A DNA stretch of 64,000 nt from NCBI RefSeq assembly GCF_001194135.2, contig NC_068982.1:189087867-189151866 (forward strand), in the 5' to 3' direction. This DNA is from Octopus bimaculoides (Eukaryota). This document shows, one piece after another, positions 12,214-25,432 of the stretch (positions are counted from its first letter, which is position 1; each line of letters begins with the position of its first letter). The notes under the pieces were generated by a model. It did not search any database. It was given only the letters and a program-made list of their open reading frames with translations, and was not told where the DNA came from. Made by a program: the position numbers and the translations under genes.

Positions 12214-12822
12214 TTAAGTTGGAAATGGGTTTATTCTTTTACTCGTCTCAATCATTTTGACTGCAGCCATGCTGGAGCACTGCCTTTGGTCGAACAAATC
12301 GACCCCAGGACTTATTCTTTGTGAGCCTAGTACTTATTCTATTGATCTCATTTGCCAAACTGCTAAGTTACAGGGAGGTAAATACACCAACATTAGTTGT
12401 CAAGTGGTGGTGGTGGTACAAACACAGACACATAAACACAATCACACACACACGCATATCAACATCAACATCAGTATCAAAATCACAATCATATGGAAAT
12501 TGTAGTTGTTACCCCCATGCCAGTGGCACGTAAAAAGCACCATCCGAACGTGGCTGATGCCAGTGTCACTTTGACTGGCTTCCATGCCAGGGGCACATAA
12601 AAAGCACCATCTGATCATGGTTGATGCCAGCTCCTCTGGCCCCTGTGCCGGTGGCATGTAAAAGGCACCCACGACACTCTCGGAGTGGTTGGCATTAGGA
12701 AGGGGATCCAGTTGTAGAAACATTGCCAGATCAGATTGGAGCCTGGTGCAGCTTCCTGGCTTGCCAGTTTTCAGTCGAATGGTCCAACCCATGCCAGCAT
12801 GGAAAGCGGACATTAAACGACA

Positions 12823-12869
<47 letters not shown>

Positions 12870-13149
12870 AAGCTGGAACTGGGTTTGTCCATGAAACCAT
12901 ATTCTTTACACTGAATTTGTCCCAGGTTTGGTCGATGTTTGTTGCAGCGAGCGGCTGACTGGAAGCATGCCTTGTTGTGTAATTCCTAAGGGAGGGTCAT
13001 ATGTTATTGTCTGAAAGTCATTGTAATATTTTCAAAATGTTATTTATTTGTGTGTTTGTTTATTTATTCATTGCTGATTAAATGTTGCTGTTTAGCGCTA
13101 GGTCAGCCCTAACCAAACAGGTCTGTGATCAATGGAATTCTAGCTGTGA

Positions 13150-13432
13150 AAATCCTGATGGCGACGACGATGACGACGACGATGATNNNNNNNNNNNNNN
13201 NNNNNNNNNNNNNNNNNNNNNNNNNNNNNNNNNNNNNNNNNNNNNNNNNNNNNNNNNNNNNNNNNNNNNNNNNNNNNNNNNNNNNNNNNNNNNNNNNNNN
13301 NNNNNNNNNNNNNNNNNNNNNNNNNNNNNNNNNNNNNNNNNNNNNNNNNNNNNNNNNNNNNNNNNNNNNNNNNNNNNNNNNNNNNNNNNNNNNNNATAAT
13401 GATGGTGGTGGTGATGATGGTGATGATGATGG

Positions 13433-13464
<32 letters not shown>

Positions 13465-13521
13465 GTGGTGGTGATGATGTAGATGAGGGTGATGCTGCTG
13501 ATGATGATGATGGTTGTGGTA

Positions 13522-13566
<45 letters not shown>

Positions 13567-13701
13567 GTGGTAGTGATGATGTAGATGAGGGTGATACTGG
13601 TGATGATGATGATGATGGTCATGATAATGATGGTGGTGGTGATGATGTAGATGAGGGTGATGCTGCTGATGATGATGATGGTTGTGATAATGATGAGGAG
13701 G

Positions 13702-13754
<53 letters not shown>

Positions 13755-13755
13755 A
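13150..13755. repeat. (GAT/GGT)n array with a higher-order unit, interrupted by a gap
   Basis: The unit ggtggtg.tgatgatgtagatgagggtgat.ctg.tgatgatgat occurs three times within GAT runs. Confidence 0.9.
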
Positions 13756-14041
13756 GACATGATTGTTTATTTGTAGCTATTTCCGGCAGCAATCAATTAC
13801 CATTTGTCTAAAATTAGAAAAGATTAACTGCCAGAAATATCGCCGTCTCACTTGTCAAGTTGAGAAGCAAAAACCTTGCACTGTTTGTTTCTATGGCCTG
13901 GTGCTGTTAAGAAAGACGGCCGTCTTCGGACAAATCCTCAACAATCCAAGCCCCACTGCCGCCATCCTGCTCCCTCCTCTCTCTCTCCCTCCCTCCCTTT
14001 CTCTCTGTCTCTGTCTGTCTGTCTCTGTCTGTCTGTCTGTC

Positions 14042-14073
<32 letters not shown>

Positions 14074-15082
14074 AGTCTTTATGTCTTCTGTTTACCATTC
14101 TGACAAGTACTTCCCCAAAACACTCTGAATATACACATACAAACNNNNNNNNNNNNNNNNNNNNNNNNNNNNNNNNNNNNNNNNNNNNNNNNNNNNNNNN
14201 NNNNNNNNNNNNNNNNNNNNNNNNNNNNNNNNNNNNNNNNNNNNNNNNNNNNNNNNNNNNNNNNNNNNNNNNNNNNNNNNNNNNNNNNNNNNNNNNNNNN
14301 NNNNNNNNNNNNNNNNNNNNNNNNNNNNNNNNNNNNNNNNNNNNNNNNNNNNNNNNNNNNNNNNNNNNNNNNNNNNNNNNNNNNNNNNNNNNNNNNNNNN
14401 NNNNNNNNNNNNNNNNNNNNNNNNNNNNNNNNNNNNNNNNNNNNNNNNNNNNNNNNNNNNNNNNNNNNNNNNNNNNNNNNNNNNNNNNNNNNNNNNNNNN
14501 NNNNNNNNNNNNNNNNNNNNNNNNNNNNNNNNNNNNNNNNNNNNNNNNNNNNNNNNNNNNNNNNNNNNNNNNNNNNNNNNNNNNNNNNNNNNNNNNNNNN
14601 NNNNNNNNNNNNNNNNNNNNNNNNNNNNNNNNNNNNNNNNNNNNNNNNNNNNNNNNNNNNNNNNNNNNNNNNNNNNNNNNNNNNNNNNNNNNNNNNNNNN
14701 NNNNNNNNNNNNNNNNNNNNNNNNNNNNNNNNNNNNNNNNNNNNNNNNNNNNNNNNNNNNNNNNNNNNNNNNNNNNNNNNNNNNNNNNNNNNNNNNNNNN
14801 NNNNNNNNNNNNNNNNNNNNNNNNNNNNNNNNNNNNNNNNNNNNNNNNNNNNNNNNNNNNNNNNNNNNNNNNNNNNNNNNNNNNNNNNNNNNNNNNNNNN
14901 NNNNNNNNNNNNNNNNNNNNNNNNNNNNNNNNNNNNNNNNNNNNNNNNNNNNNNNNNNNNNNNNNNNNNNNNNNNNNNNNNNNNNNNNNNNNNNNNNNNN
15001 NNNNNNNNNNNNNNNNNNNNNNNNNNNNNNNNNNNNNNNNNNNNNNNNNNNNNNNNNNNNNNNNNNNNNNNNNNNNNNNNNN

Positions 15083-15133
<51 letters not shown>

Positions 15134-15544
15134 TACACATGCACATGCACACACTCACTCACACACACACATACACACACATGTACTTATATAAGCAAAT
15201 AATTTATAATGCATATTAAAGTGGTATATAAATATGCATATGTGTATGTATATATGTATACACCATCGTTGTCGTCATCATCATCATCACCATCATTTAA
15301 CGTCCATTTTCCAATGCTTGCATGGGTTAGACTCTTTGACAGGAGCTAACCAGCTGAAGGGCTATTCAGCCTCTGATTGTCTGTTCTGGCATGGTTTCTG
15401 TGGCTGGATGCCCATCCTAACACCAACCACTTTACTGAGTCTACTGGGTGCCTTTTACATGGCACAAGATAAAGGATGGATCCACAAGATTAAGGATGCC
15501 CAGCTGGAAAGGATCGCAAGGGACAAGCCTGTATGCAAGGGCAG

Positions 15545-16165
15545 CCACGATTTTACTCAGCTTAGCCTGTCTTTTCAAGCACAGCAAACTGCCAGGAGTC
15601 TCAGCCCCCTGTCATACCCTCTGTGAACCCCAACGTTGGTAGATCCTTTCTCACCACATTGTCCCATGTCTACCCCTTCCACATGTTCCCTCCACAATTA
15701 GAGATCAGCACCTCTTGATGCAACTGTCCTCATTCATACACGTCACATGACCGTACCAGTGCAGTCTTCTCTCTTGCACACAACATCTGATGCTACATGT
15801 TCTCAGTTTTCTCTCAGATCACTTAGACACACACCCTCCTATATCCACCCTGACATTACCCACCCAATGAAACAGACTGGCTTCATTTCTTGCAAGTCTT
15901 CACATATCCTTAGTAATCACAGCCCATGTCTCACTGCCATGCAGCATAGCTGTTCGTACACAGGCATCATACAATCTACCTTTCACTCTGAAGGAGAGGC
16001 CCTTTGTTACTAACAGGTGTTGTAGCTCTCTGAACTTTGCCCAGCCTATTCTTATTCTCACAGCTATACTTCCAGAACAGCCGCACCCCACCACTACTAA
16101 CTTAGTCACCAAAGTAACAGAAACTGTCTACTGCCTCTAGAGATAACCCCTGGCAAATTAAGGAG
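15545..16165 (-). mobile_element. RTE-clade LINE ORF C-terminal fragment
   Basis: LEAVDSFCYFGD..RIRIGWAKFREL..KGRLYDACVRTAMLHGSETWAV..RLHWYGHV; multiple stops. Confidence 0.85.
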
Positions 16166-16174
16166 TCTATTTTA

Positions 16175-16214
<40 letters not shown>

Positions 16215-16272
16215 NNNNNNNNNNTACCTTTTTGGGGTCATTGCTACATTTTTTGCTAACTCTGTATAATCT

Positions 16273-17451
16273 TTGTTTCAGAAAATAATAATGGCAGGTC
16301 CTCATCTTACTCAAGAAATGAAGAGGCATGCTGTTATTGTGGTTATAAAGGCTGAGCATAGCGATTTAGAAATAACTTGGTTTTTAAAAGTTGCCAGATC
16401 TTTCGTCTACAAAGTTTGTAAGGAGCTAGAGACTGAAGATGGAAACGTATCACCAGTATCAAAGCATAAAAAGCATTCTAAACGAACTGAAATCACCAGA
16501 AGACCTGAATTTATCCAGCATTGATTACAATTCCAGAAAGTCCATGAGGTCAATTGCAAAAGATCTGCATGTGTCAGAAGGAACAGTCAGAAATGTTGTC
16601 CACGAAGACATTAGATATAAGTCTTATCTGATGAGGAAAGGTCAATTTGTCTGAAAAAGCAAAAGAAAATCACTACATCAGATCTAAAAGGCTCTTGAAT
16701 AAACTGAAAAACCCAGCAGAAGAAGATTTGATTTGGTTTTTCTAAAATGAGAAATACTTCGACCAAGATCAAAAGGTTAACTGAAGAAATGACAGATGGT
16801 TATGTGCAGACCCTTCTGAAGTTCCAAGTGTTATGCATACAAAATTTCCTGCAACTGTCAGGGTTTTAGGGGTTGTCAGCAATGAGGGACATGTGATGCC
16901 TCCTTGCTTCTTTCCACAAGGCCTTAGAGTTAACTCTGCCGCCTACATTGAGGTCCTGGAAACAATTGCTAAGCCCTGGATAGACAGTGTATGCAATGGA
17001 AGGCCATGCGTGTTTCACTAACACTCTGCACTATCACACGTGGCTCTAGTAACACAGGAATGGATGGCTGAAACTGTATATGATCACGTAACTCCTGATA
17101 TCTGACCTCCTAATTCCCCAGATCTCAATCTATTGGACTATTACATGCAGAGCATTGTTGAGAGAGAGGTCAATGAACACGTCCATGACACCAAAGATTC
17201 TTTGAAAGCTGCTATAGTCAGAGTAATGTCCAAAATGAACCAGGACCACTTGATTCGAGCATATATTTAGATCTCATATAGAAGCATTTGTTGAAGCTGA
17301 AGGTGGCTTTATTGAATAACATTATAGAAAAGAAGGTTTATTTTTATCCTCATAGCATTTTTTTGATGAATAAAGTTATTATCTGTTTTTATATATCTGT
17401 TTTGTTTTTTTTAAACATAAATCTGTCCTCAAATATGTTACACACCCTGTA
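16273..17451 (+). mobile_element. Nearly full-length decayed Tc1/mariner DD37D (maT) transposon
   Basis: HTH region (SMRSIAKDLHVSEGTVRNVV), EKYFDQD, VLGVVSNEGHVMPP, PPNSPDLNLLDYY with 37-residue spacing, end EAEGGFIE*; right TIR ..ATGTTACACACCCTG|TA at 17449-17451; left end lost near the gap. Confidence 0.85.
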
Positions 17452-17469
17452 TATGTATATATGTATATA

Positions 17470-17860
17470 TTCTCTTTTACTCTTTTACTTGTTTCAGTCA
17501 CTTGACTGCAGCCATGCTGGAGCACTGCCTTTAGTCGAGCAAACTGACCCCAGGACTTATTCTGTAATCCTAGTACTTATCCTATTGGTCTCTTTTGCCA
17601 AACCGCTAAGTTACGGGTATGTAAACACACCAACATCAGTTGTCAAGCGATGGTGGAGGGACAAACACAAACACACACACACACACACACACATGCACAT
17701 GGTGGGTTTCTTTCAATTTCTGTCTAATAAATCCACTCACAATGCTTTGGTCAGCCCAAGGCTATAGTAGAAGACACTTGCCCAAGGTGCCATGCAGTGG
17801 GACTGAACCCGGAACCATGTGATTGGGAAGCAAGCTACTTACCACACAGCCACTCCTGTA
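17470..17860 (-). mobile_element. tRNA-derived SINE family B (representative copy)
   Basis: Body ggttccgggttcagtcccactgc..ccttgggcaagtgtcttctactatagcc, internal (CA)n, tail gactgaaacaagtaaaagag. Further copies at about 1620, 12230, 26040, 34290, 38370, 40910, 53407, 56357, 59100 and 62500. Confidence 0.8.
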
Positions 17861-17904
17861 CCTATATGTGTATATAAATATGAGTATATCTATCTATCTA
17901 TCTA

Positions 17905-17951
<47 letters not shown>

Positions 17952-19607
17952 TCATATGTATACACATATACATATATACGTATGCATAGATATCTATGAG
18001 ACTTGGCTGCTGGTCAAGCTACTGAATACAATTTTAGGTTTTCTGACCCAATTTCCGTCCGGTCTATTGATTGGCCAGGTCTGTTTATCTTTCTCTTACG
18101 GAACACTAAACACTTCTACACACTTCTACTCTCTGCACACATTACACTAAACACGAAACACTACTCATTGCACTGTACATGTCTATAGCAATTATAAACT
18201 TGGGTTTCAAGTATTTCTTTACAGACTTACAGAAGCACCCACACAACTACATATAAATACACACTCTCAGACACAAACACACACACACACACACACACAT
18301 CATTCAGCTAGTGTTAGGAACATAAATTGTGACTAAGGTTTGGTGGAAGATTCTAATTCAGAACTTATGAAAACAAGACATTTGTACTCAGAACAAGAAG
18401 CGGTTTCAGCCGGATTGATACTGAAAGGGTTAATGTGTTTATGTTCCTGTAACTTAGCAGTTTGGCTAAAGAGATCAATGAAATAAGTACCAGGTTTTTA
18501 CAAAAACAAATAAGTCCTTGGGTCAATTCTTTGGACTGAAATTCTTCAAGGCGATGCCCCAGTATGACCACAGTCTGAAAGAAGCAAACAATGAATGATA
18601 TTAGCATCATTTAATGAGAATTGGTAAATCACAGATTCTCCCACGGGAATCTATTCTTTTGTGTTTATGTGGTTGGGGGAAGGCTGAATATCCTTTCTAC
18701 TAATCTACTAAAGACACAAGGCCTGAAATTTGTGGGGAGGGGGACTAGTTGATAACATCGACTCCCAGTGTTTCACTGATATTTTTTTCTTATCCCTCAA
18801 TCCCGCTGTCCCCTACTCATCCCTCCTCCTTCCACGTGACCGGTGTCTGGCTAGCCATGATCTTTTTTTCTTGGCCTGATTGCCGACCGCCAACACCTCT
18901 TATGTCCATCCCCTATGTTCCTGTCTTTAGGCTTTCACTTCATACACTCCAGTTCAATTTGATTCGCTCTCAGTCAAAAGACGCCTGTTGTTATTTCTTG
19001 TTGTTTGTATTCATAATTGTGTATAATGTTCTCCGTTTTTTTGTTTGTTTATTTGTTTTTGTGTCTTTGTTGCCGTACACATTCGCTAGCTTTCTTACAA
19101 AGGGGTCTAATGCTCTTAGCTTAGACTTTTTTGGGGGACAACCAGATTGAACCATCTCAAGTGTAACTGCCCGAAATGGTCGTGACCTCTAGAACTTGCC
19201 TGAGGAAAGAAAGCCACGAATGACCCATCTTTTTTTTTTGCCTGTCCTTCTAATTGTTGTTTCTCTTGTCTGCCTTTGTATCGTCAATCTGTCCGAACGT
19301 TTTAATGCCCTCTATTCCGTTTTTGTTCCATTTTTATATATATATACATATATATGTATGTATGTATGTATATATATATACACACACATACATATACATA
19401 TATGTATATCATTATTCAGTTTTATTTCAAGATTTCTTGCAAACAGAAAAAGAGCCGGTTTCTAACCCAGATCCAAGGCTCCTTCACTGGAATTTCAACA
19501 TCAACAGGGTATTTTTTGTTTGTATGTATTTGTGCAGATTTGTATGTTTTGCTTCATGTATGTATCGTCATGCAAATAGTTGCATATCTAGACATACTCA
19601 TATATAT

Positions 19608-21015
19608 TTAAATGATAAATTTCTGCAAAGTTTTACAGATTTTTACAGTTCCAGTGATGGATTGGATCTGTAGTCTTTGAATTAGCTTTCTCCTTTCTGG
19701 TTTTGAGAACCCTAATTTATTATGATTGGTATTTAGGCAGTGTATTACATATCTCAGGGCCCTAATGATTACAGGTATAAACGTGAACTTGTAATCTGGA
19801 TAGAGTAACTGCAGATTTCTCAATAGTTCCGCATAGGTGTTCTCTTTTTCACTGATCTTCAGCTTTATGTTAACATCCTCTGGGCAGATAATTTCCACAA
19901 CCGTGCACAGTTTCTCTTCTCTATCCCAAATCATTATATCAGGTCTTTTAAGCTTACACTTTATTGAGTTCTTCACTGGTACATTCCACCAGTATTCCTT
20001 TTCATTACGAGTGGCTATGGCTTCTACCATATTGTGGGTTCTTATTTCTTTGTCCTCGACATTATCCTTCCGATGGATTTCATTATAGAGGGTCCTAGCT
20101 ACAACATCATATCTCATTGGTAAATAATATGGTTGTGACATTTTCGGACAACTGGTTATGATGTGGGTGATATCCTCAGTGTTGACTCCACAAAGTCTGC
20201 ATCGGTTGTCACATTTTACTGCTTTTCCTGCATCACTATCCCTTTTGTGCATCAGGTACTTGGATGATATTTCCTGTTCCTGGATTGCAAATGCATACCC
20301 TTCAAAGTGGGAGGTAGTAATCCGGCCTTTTGTCCCTGATAAACTGCTTTGAGGATCGATGTTACCATCACTCTGGAGCTTTCTAGTAACATATCCATGC
20401 ATGGTCTTCTGCTCGCATAGGCTCATCCTTTCATCTGATGATACGTTGCGGTAGAGTCATGCGACTTCTTTGGGAATGCATTTAAGGTTATCAGATAAGG
20501 AATGCTGCTCAAGGAGCTGCTTTTTAAGTCTCATGATGTTATCAGCCTCATGTGTGCCAACTTGGTCAAGGGATGCACTTCGACACTTGGTGGTTGAAAG
20601 ATGTTGCTGAAGGGATAGGATACGACATTCAAAGGCATTTCAGATCAATGTTCAGCAACTGTTGCTTTGTTTTCATTTTAGGTGGAAACGGTCAATGTCG
20701 TTGTTGATGTGGAAATTATGTAAGTTGATTAGCATCATCTGAGTTTTCACATCAAAGGCTCAGATCTCATCAAGCAGCCCAAATGTTGGTATGAGTACTG
20801 GCACTGCAAACACATTGTGGGCCACGGTTTCATTGAATGCAGAGAGTTCTGAGGTCCATATTTTTTTTTATTTGGTTATAATCTTCTTTAGTGATACATG
20901 TCCCATTACAGGTGCCATCGTAAGATATGTTTTCATCCGACCCAAGGTACCTGTAACATTCTTCATCGGATACAGGGAAAACAGTTAGTTCATTGATAGA
21001 GATGTTAATCTGCAT
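19608..21015 (-). mobile_element. 5'-truncated R4/Dong-like non-LTR retrotransposon with a restriction-like endonuclease
   Basis: YRYLG..IWTSELSAFNETVAHNVFAVPVL (RT thumb region); 272-aa ORF with CRLC-x8-H-x4-C zinc knuckle, RYD (RHN-equivalent) and RPDIMIWD..VVEI (PD..D/E nuclease); ends sit in TA/TATG microsatellites. Confidence 0.85.
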
Positions 21016-23364
21016 GTATGTATGTATGTATGTATGTCTCTATATAAATATGTGTTTGTATATATGTATATATCATCATCATCATTGTCGTCGTTTAACA
21101 TCTGCTTTCCATGCTGGCATGGGTTTGACGGTTTGACTGGGGTCTGGCAAGCCAGAAGGCTGCACCAGGCTCCAATCTGATCTGGCAGAGTTTCTACAGC
21201 TGGATGCCCTTCCTAACACCAACCATTCTGTGAGTGTAGTGGGTGCTTTTTACATTCCACTGGCACAAGAGCCAGTCAGGCAGTACTGGATATATGTATG
21301 TATATATATATATATATATGTATTTATTTATTTATGTGTTTCAGCCAAGTGGCTGCGGTCATGCTGGTGCACCACCGTGATATGTATGTATATATTGCAA
21401 AAGCGCTTGAGCCAGTGGCACATTAAAAGCACCCAGACACACTACAAAGTGGTTGGCATCAGGAGGAGCATCTAACTGTTGAAACGAAGCCATATCAGAC
21501 AGGAGCCTGGTGCATCTCCCCAGCTTGCCATCCCTGGTCAAACCGTCCAACCCATACCAGCATGGAAAATGGATGTTAAAGGATGATGTTGATGAACAGG
21601 TTTCCACACATTTTCTGTCCACCAAATTCAGTCACAAGTTATTCATTGGCCAAGCTCTATTGTAGAAGACATTTGGCCAAGGTGCTGTGCAGTGGAATTG
21701 AACCTAAAACCACATGGATATTAAGCGATTTTCTTAACTGCACTGCCATGCTTGAATCTACAAGAGTAATTCTTATATTCAATAACACATTATTCTCTCT
21801 CAGGACTTTCATTTTCCTTCTCTTTGCAATATGAGTCTGACATTGTGAATGCAAGATGTTTGCTCCATCAATCAACCGCTAATACGTCTCTCACAACACT
21901 TTTCTTCAATATATCTTATTGTATTAATGGTTCCCATGAGATGGCCAACCTAAGAGCTACATTCATTATATGTGTGTTAATTACTTATATAAGTAGTTTA
22001 GTGTTGTTGTTGTTGTTGGTGTTGCTTAGCCCTGGGTCAGTTCTTATCAAATAGACCTTCATTCAAAAGTAGTTTCACAAACTACATGATCTCATTAGTC
22101 TTACTTTTAAGATGGTCGAAAGTTATTTCAGAAAAAAAAAAACAAAAAAACCTGGCTGCTGTTTCTTGCTGATGGAGTGACAAACATAGAAGCTGTCTTG
22201 TTTGGATTGAATTGCAAAGATACAGAATGAAAGAAAATTCTAAAAAAAATGTAAGAGAGAAAATAACAGAGAAATACAATGGTTGTGTTTGTTATAAACG
22301 ATTGTTTTTACATAATAAATGGGAATTTATAAGAATGGAAAAAGCTAGGTAGGAAGGCTAGAAAACTACTGATATGTGTGTGTGTGTAGTTGTAATAATG
22401 AACTGAAACCAAATAATGACATTCTGAAATTCTTAAATGCATATGTTTCAAGTTTGTGTAATATAAAATAAGGAAGACATTTGACTGAGGAAGGTTTACG
22501 TAATGGATGCATTTCCTGTTATTATACAAACCTGAAACATGTGTATTAAATGATTTCAAAACATCACTGTTTGGTGTTTGACTTCATTATTACAACTAAT
22601 ACAACTCAATGGAGTAATTCGTTATATTTGACTTTAGTTGAAAATTCTGGAAGTGTGCACCGTTTCTTAGCATAACAGGAAACAGAACATCATCATCATT
22701 ATCGTTTAACGTCCGTTTTCCATGCTGGCATGGGTTGGACGGTTCGACTGGGGTCTGGGAAGCCAGGAGGTTGCACCAGGCTCCAGTCTGATCCGGCAGT
22801 GTTTCTACAGCTGGATGCCCTTCCTAATGCCAACCACTCAAAGAGTGTAGTTGGAGCTTTTTACGTGCCACCGACACAGTGCCAGAGGAGGCTGGCAACA
22901 ACCACGATCGGTTGGTGCTTTTTACATGCCACCAGCACAGAAGCCAGTCAAAGCGGCACTGGCATCGGCCACATTCGGATGGTGCTTTTTATGTGCCACC
23001 GGCATGGGGATCACAACTACAATTTCCATTTGATTTTGGTTTTGATGTACTTGACTCAACAGATCTCCTCAAGTACGGTATGTTGCCCTACGATCCAAGG
23101 TACTTTTGAGTGGACTGGTTATACAACACTGACATACGTTACAGCTGTGAACTCAGCCACAGCATATCTCCAGAGGTCTCAATCTTTCGTCATTGCCTCT
23201 GTGAAGCCCAACGTTCGAAGGTCATGCTTCACCACCTCATCCCATGTCTTCCTGGGTCTCCCTCTACCCTGGATTCCTTCAACTGTTTGGGGATATATGT
23301 ATAAGGAGAAAAACAACTAGTTTAAAATCTCTGGTTGAGATCTATGTTGTAACTGTAATGGATA

Positions 23365-23631
23365 GTAAGGTTTATTTGCCAACATAACATGGCAGTCCTG
23401 CATAGGATTGTGTTACTATGTTTTTAACCCCAGGAAAACATCTTTTCCATCTGGTTGATCGACTCATGATCTGTGTCCTAGACATACTGTAAGCAAGGCT
23501 AGAAGGGAGTAGTAAGCCTCTTTGCTTACTGTGTCGATAAACCAGCTGGAAAAGATGTTTTCCTAGGGTTAAAAAATAGTAGCATAGTTGTAGTCAGGAC
23601 TGCCATGTTATGTTGGGAAATAAACTTTACC
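23365..23631. mobile_element. Palindromic fold-back element sharing arm sequence with the 6.2-6.6 kb element
   Basis: GTAAGGTTTATTTGCCAACATAACATGGCAGTCCTG...CAGGACTGCCATGTTATGTTGGGAAATAAACTTTAC, with an inner inverted pair GGAAAACATCTTTTCCA/TGGAAAAGATGTTTTCC. Confidence 0.8.
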
Positions 23632-24343
23632 ATATATATATATATATGTATGTATATTAAATTTATAATTATATATATATGTATATAATTACATTAAGGG
23701 ACCAAGGTAGTATCTGAATGCCTTGGCATTTTCAAGCATGTTGGAGATAGGTCGTTTTTTTCGTCCTTGCTCCCTTAATATAATTATATACATATATATA
23801 TAATTATTAATTTGATATATAAATTACTTCTAAATTTTTATTGCATGCTGACTACCTGATAAAAAATCATTAACGTGATTTTTATCCTTATATTCTATTA
23901 TATATAAAAAAATGGGTTAACAACAAACAAGATGAGGACAAATATCCATCATCATCATCATCGTTTAACGTTCGCCTTCCATGCTAGCATGGGTTGGACG
24001 ATTTGACTGAGGACTGGTGAAACCGGATGACAACACCAAGCTCCAATCTAATTTGGCAGAGTTTCTACAGCTGGATGCCCTTCCTAACGCCAACCACTCA
24101 GAGAGTGTAGTGGGTGCTTTTACGTGTCACCCGCACGAAAACGGCCACGCTCGAAATGGTGTCTTTTATGTGCCACCCGCACAAGAGCCAGTCCAGGGGC
24201 ACTGGCAACGATCTCGCTCGAAAACCCTACAAGGCCAGTCAGGCGGTATATATATATATATATATATATATGTCTGTACGTATTGTCGTCGTCGTTTAAC
24301 GTCCGCTTTCCATGCCAGCATGGGTTGGACGATATGTAAATAA

Positions 24344-24662
24344 TGTAAATAATGTACACTTGCTCCACATGTAGGAAAGGAGTTGAAAGTAATTCCATTC
24401 GCTGCACCCAGTGTAAACTATGGACACCTAAGAGGTGCAGTGGAATCACAGGTAGATTAAAAGATAAGGTCACCTTTGTGTGTGGTAGATATGCAGGAAC
24501 AATAAGCACTGAGAGCACACAGGACTTAGATTCTCTGAAATGCCCAGGAGGCTCTCTTGAGGTTGTAGATAGTTTCTGTTACCTAGGTGACCAAATTAGA
24601 AATGGTGGAGGATGCTCTGAAAGTATTGTTTCTAGAATAAGAATTGGGTGGAGGAAGTTCAG
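24344..24662 (+). mobile_element. RTE LINE fragment with a PHD-like Cys/His finger immediately before the RT thumb
   Basis: CSTC..CTQC.LWTPKRC..CGRY followed in frame by LEVVDSFCYLGD..RIRIGWRKFR. Confidence 0.8.
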
Positions 24663-25210
24663 ATGATGATGATGATGATGCCATTTCTGTATAACGAACG
24701 CAGACACTCCTCAGAAGGTGGCCAAGTTCTGTGTACTTTTCCAGCAAGTCTTTTGTATGAGATAAATTTACTTTTGTCTTGGCTTTTGGTGTTTGGAATT
24801 TTCTTATAATTGTGTGATATTCTGAGACGTGCTAAAGGTTTTAGTGCTAGGGAGTTATCTCCCTTGCTGGGCTTTGTTAACAGCAGACGACAGGAACCGT
24901 GGGAGAAGTTAAATGGAGGTCTCCTGGAATGCATGGAAGCGGTGGGGTGGGGTGAGGAATGGAGTCTCTGCCGTATGGGTCCTCATACTACAGCAGTACT
25001 CGGACATTAATACGCAACGTTCTTTGTGGTATCCCTTCCTCTGTGGACGATTTTACACACACACACACTAGTCATGCAGGTCATTAGTCAATATAAATCT
25101 GATCCTACCAGCTGAGAAGACATTCCGTCTGGTGAAAAGGATTCAACTATGAAAACCCAGTCTTTGGCACAAAGAAGAAGCCACTCTTGAACTCCTTTGG
25201 CATAGCTTAA

Positions 25211-25432
25211 CCTTTACTTTACTGTATTTATTTTGAGATGCTCTGTGTTTCTTTCAATTAATTTTAAATATAACAAAGGATTTAGTAAAATAACTTAGTT
25301 GTCATTCAGCTAGTGTTAGGAACATAAATTGTGACTAAGGTTTGGTGGAAGATTTTAATTCAAAACTTATGAAAACAAGACATTTGTACTACAGAGCCAG
25401 AAGTGGTTTCAGCCAGGTTAGTAACGAAAGGG
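25211..25432. mobile_element. TTAA-flanked MITE, family 1
   Basis: TTAA|CCTTT..AAAGGG|TTAA; body matches 11990-12213. Confidence 0.75.

Noticed and set aside
13810-13970. CpG-containing unique stretch, possible exon
   Set aside because: No donor site and no recognisable protein; the ORF extends only through a CT microsatellite.
13082-15180. Long ORFs (100-360 aa) in the track here and at 3.5-4.6, 58.3 and 59.8 kb
   Set aside because: They run through N gaps and microsatellites.
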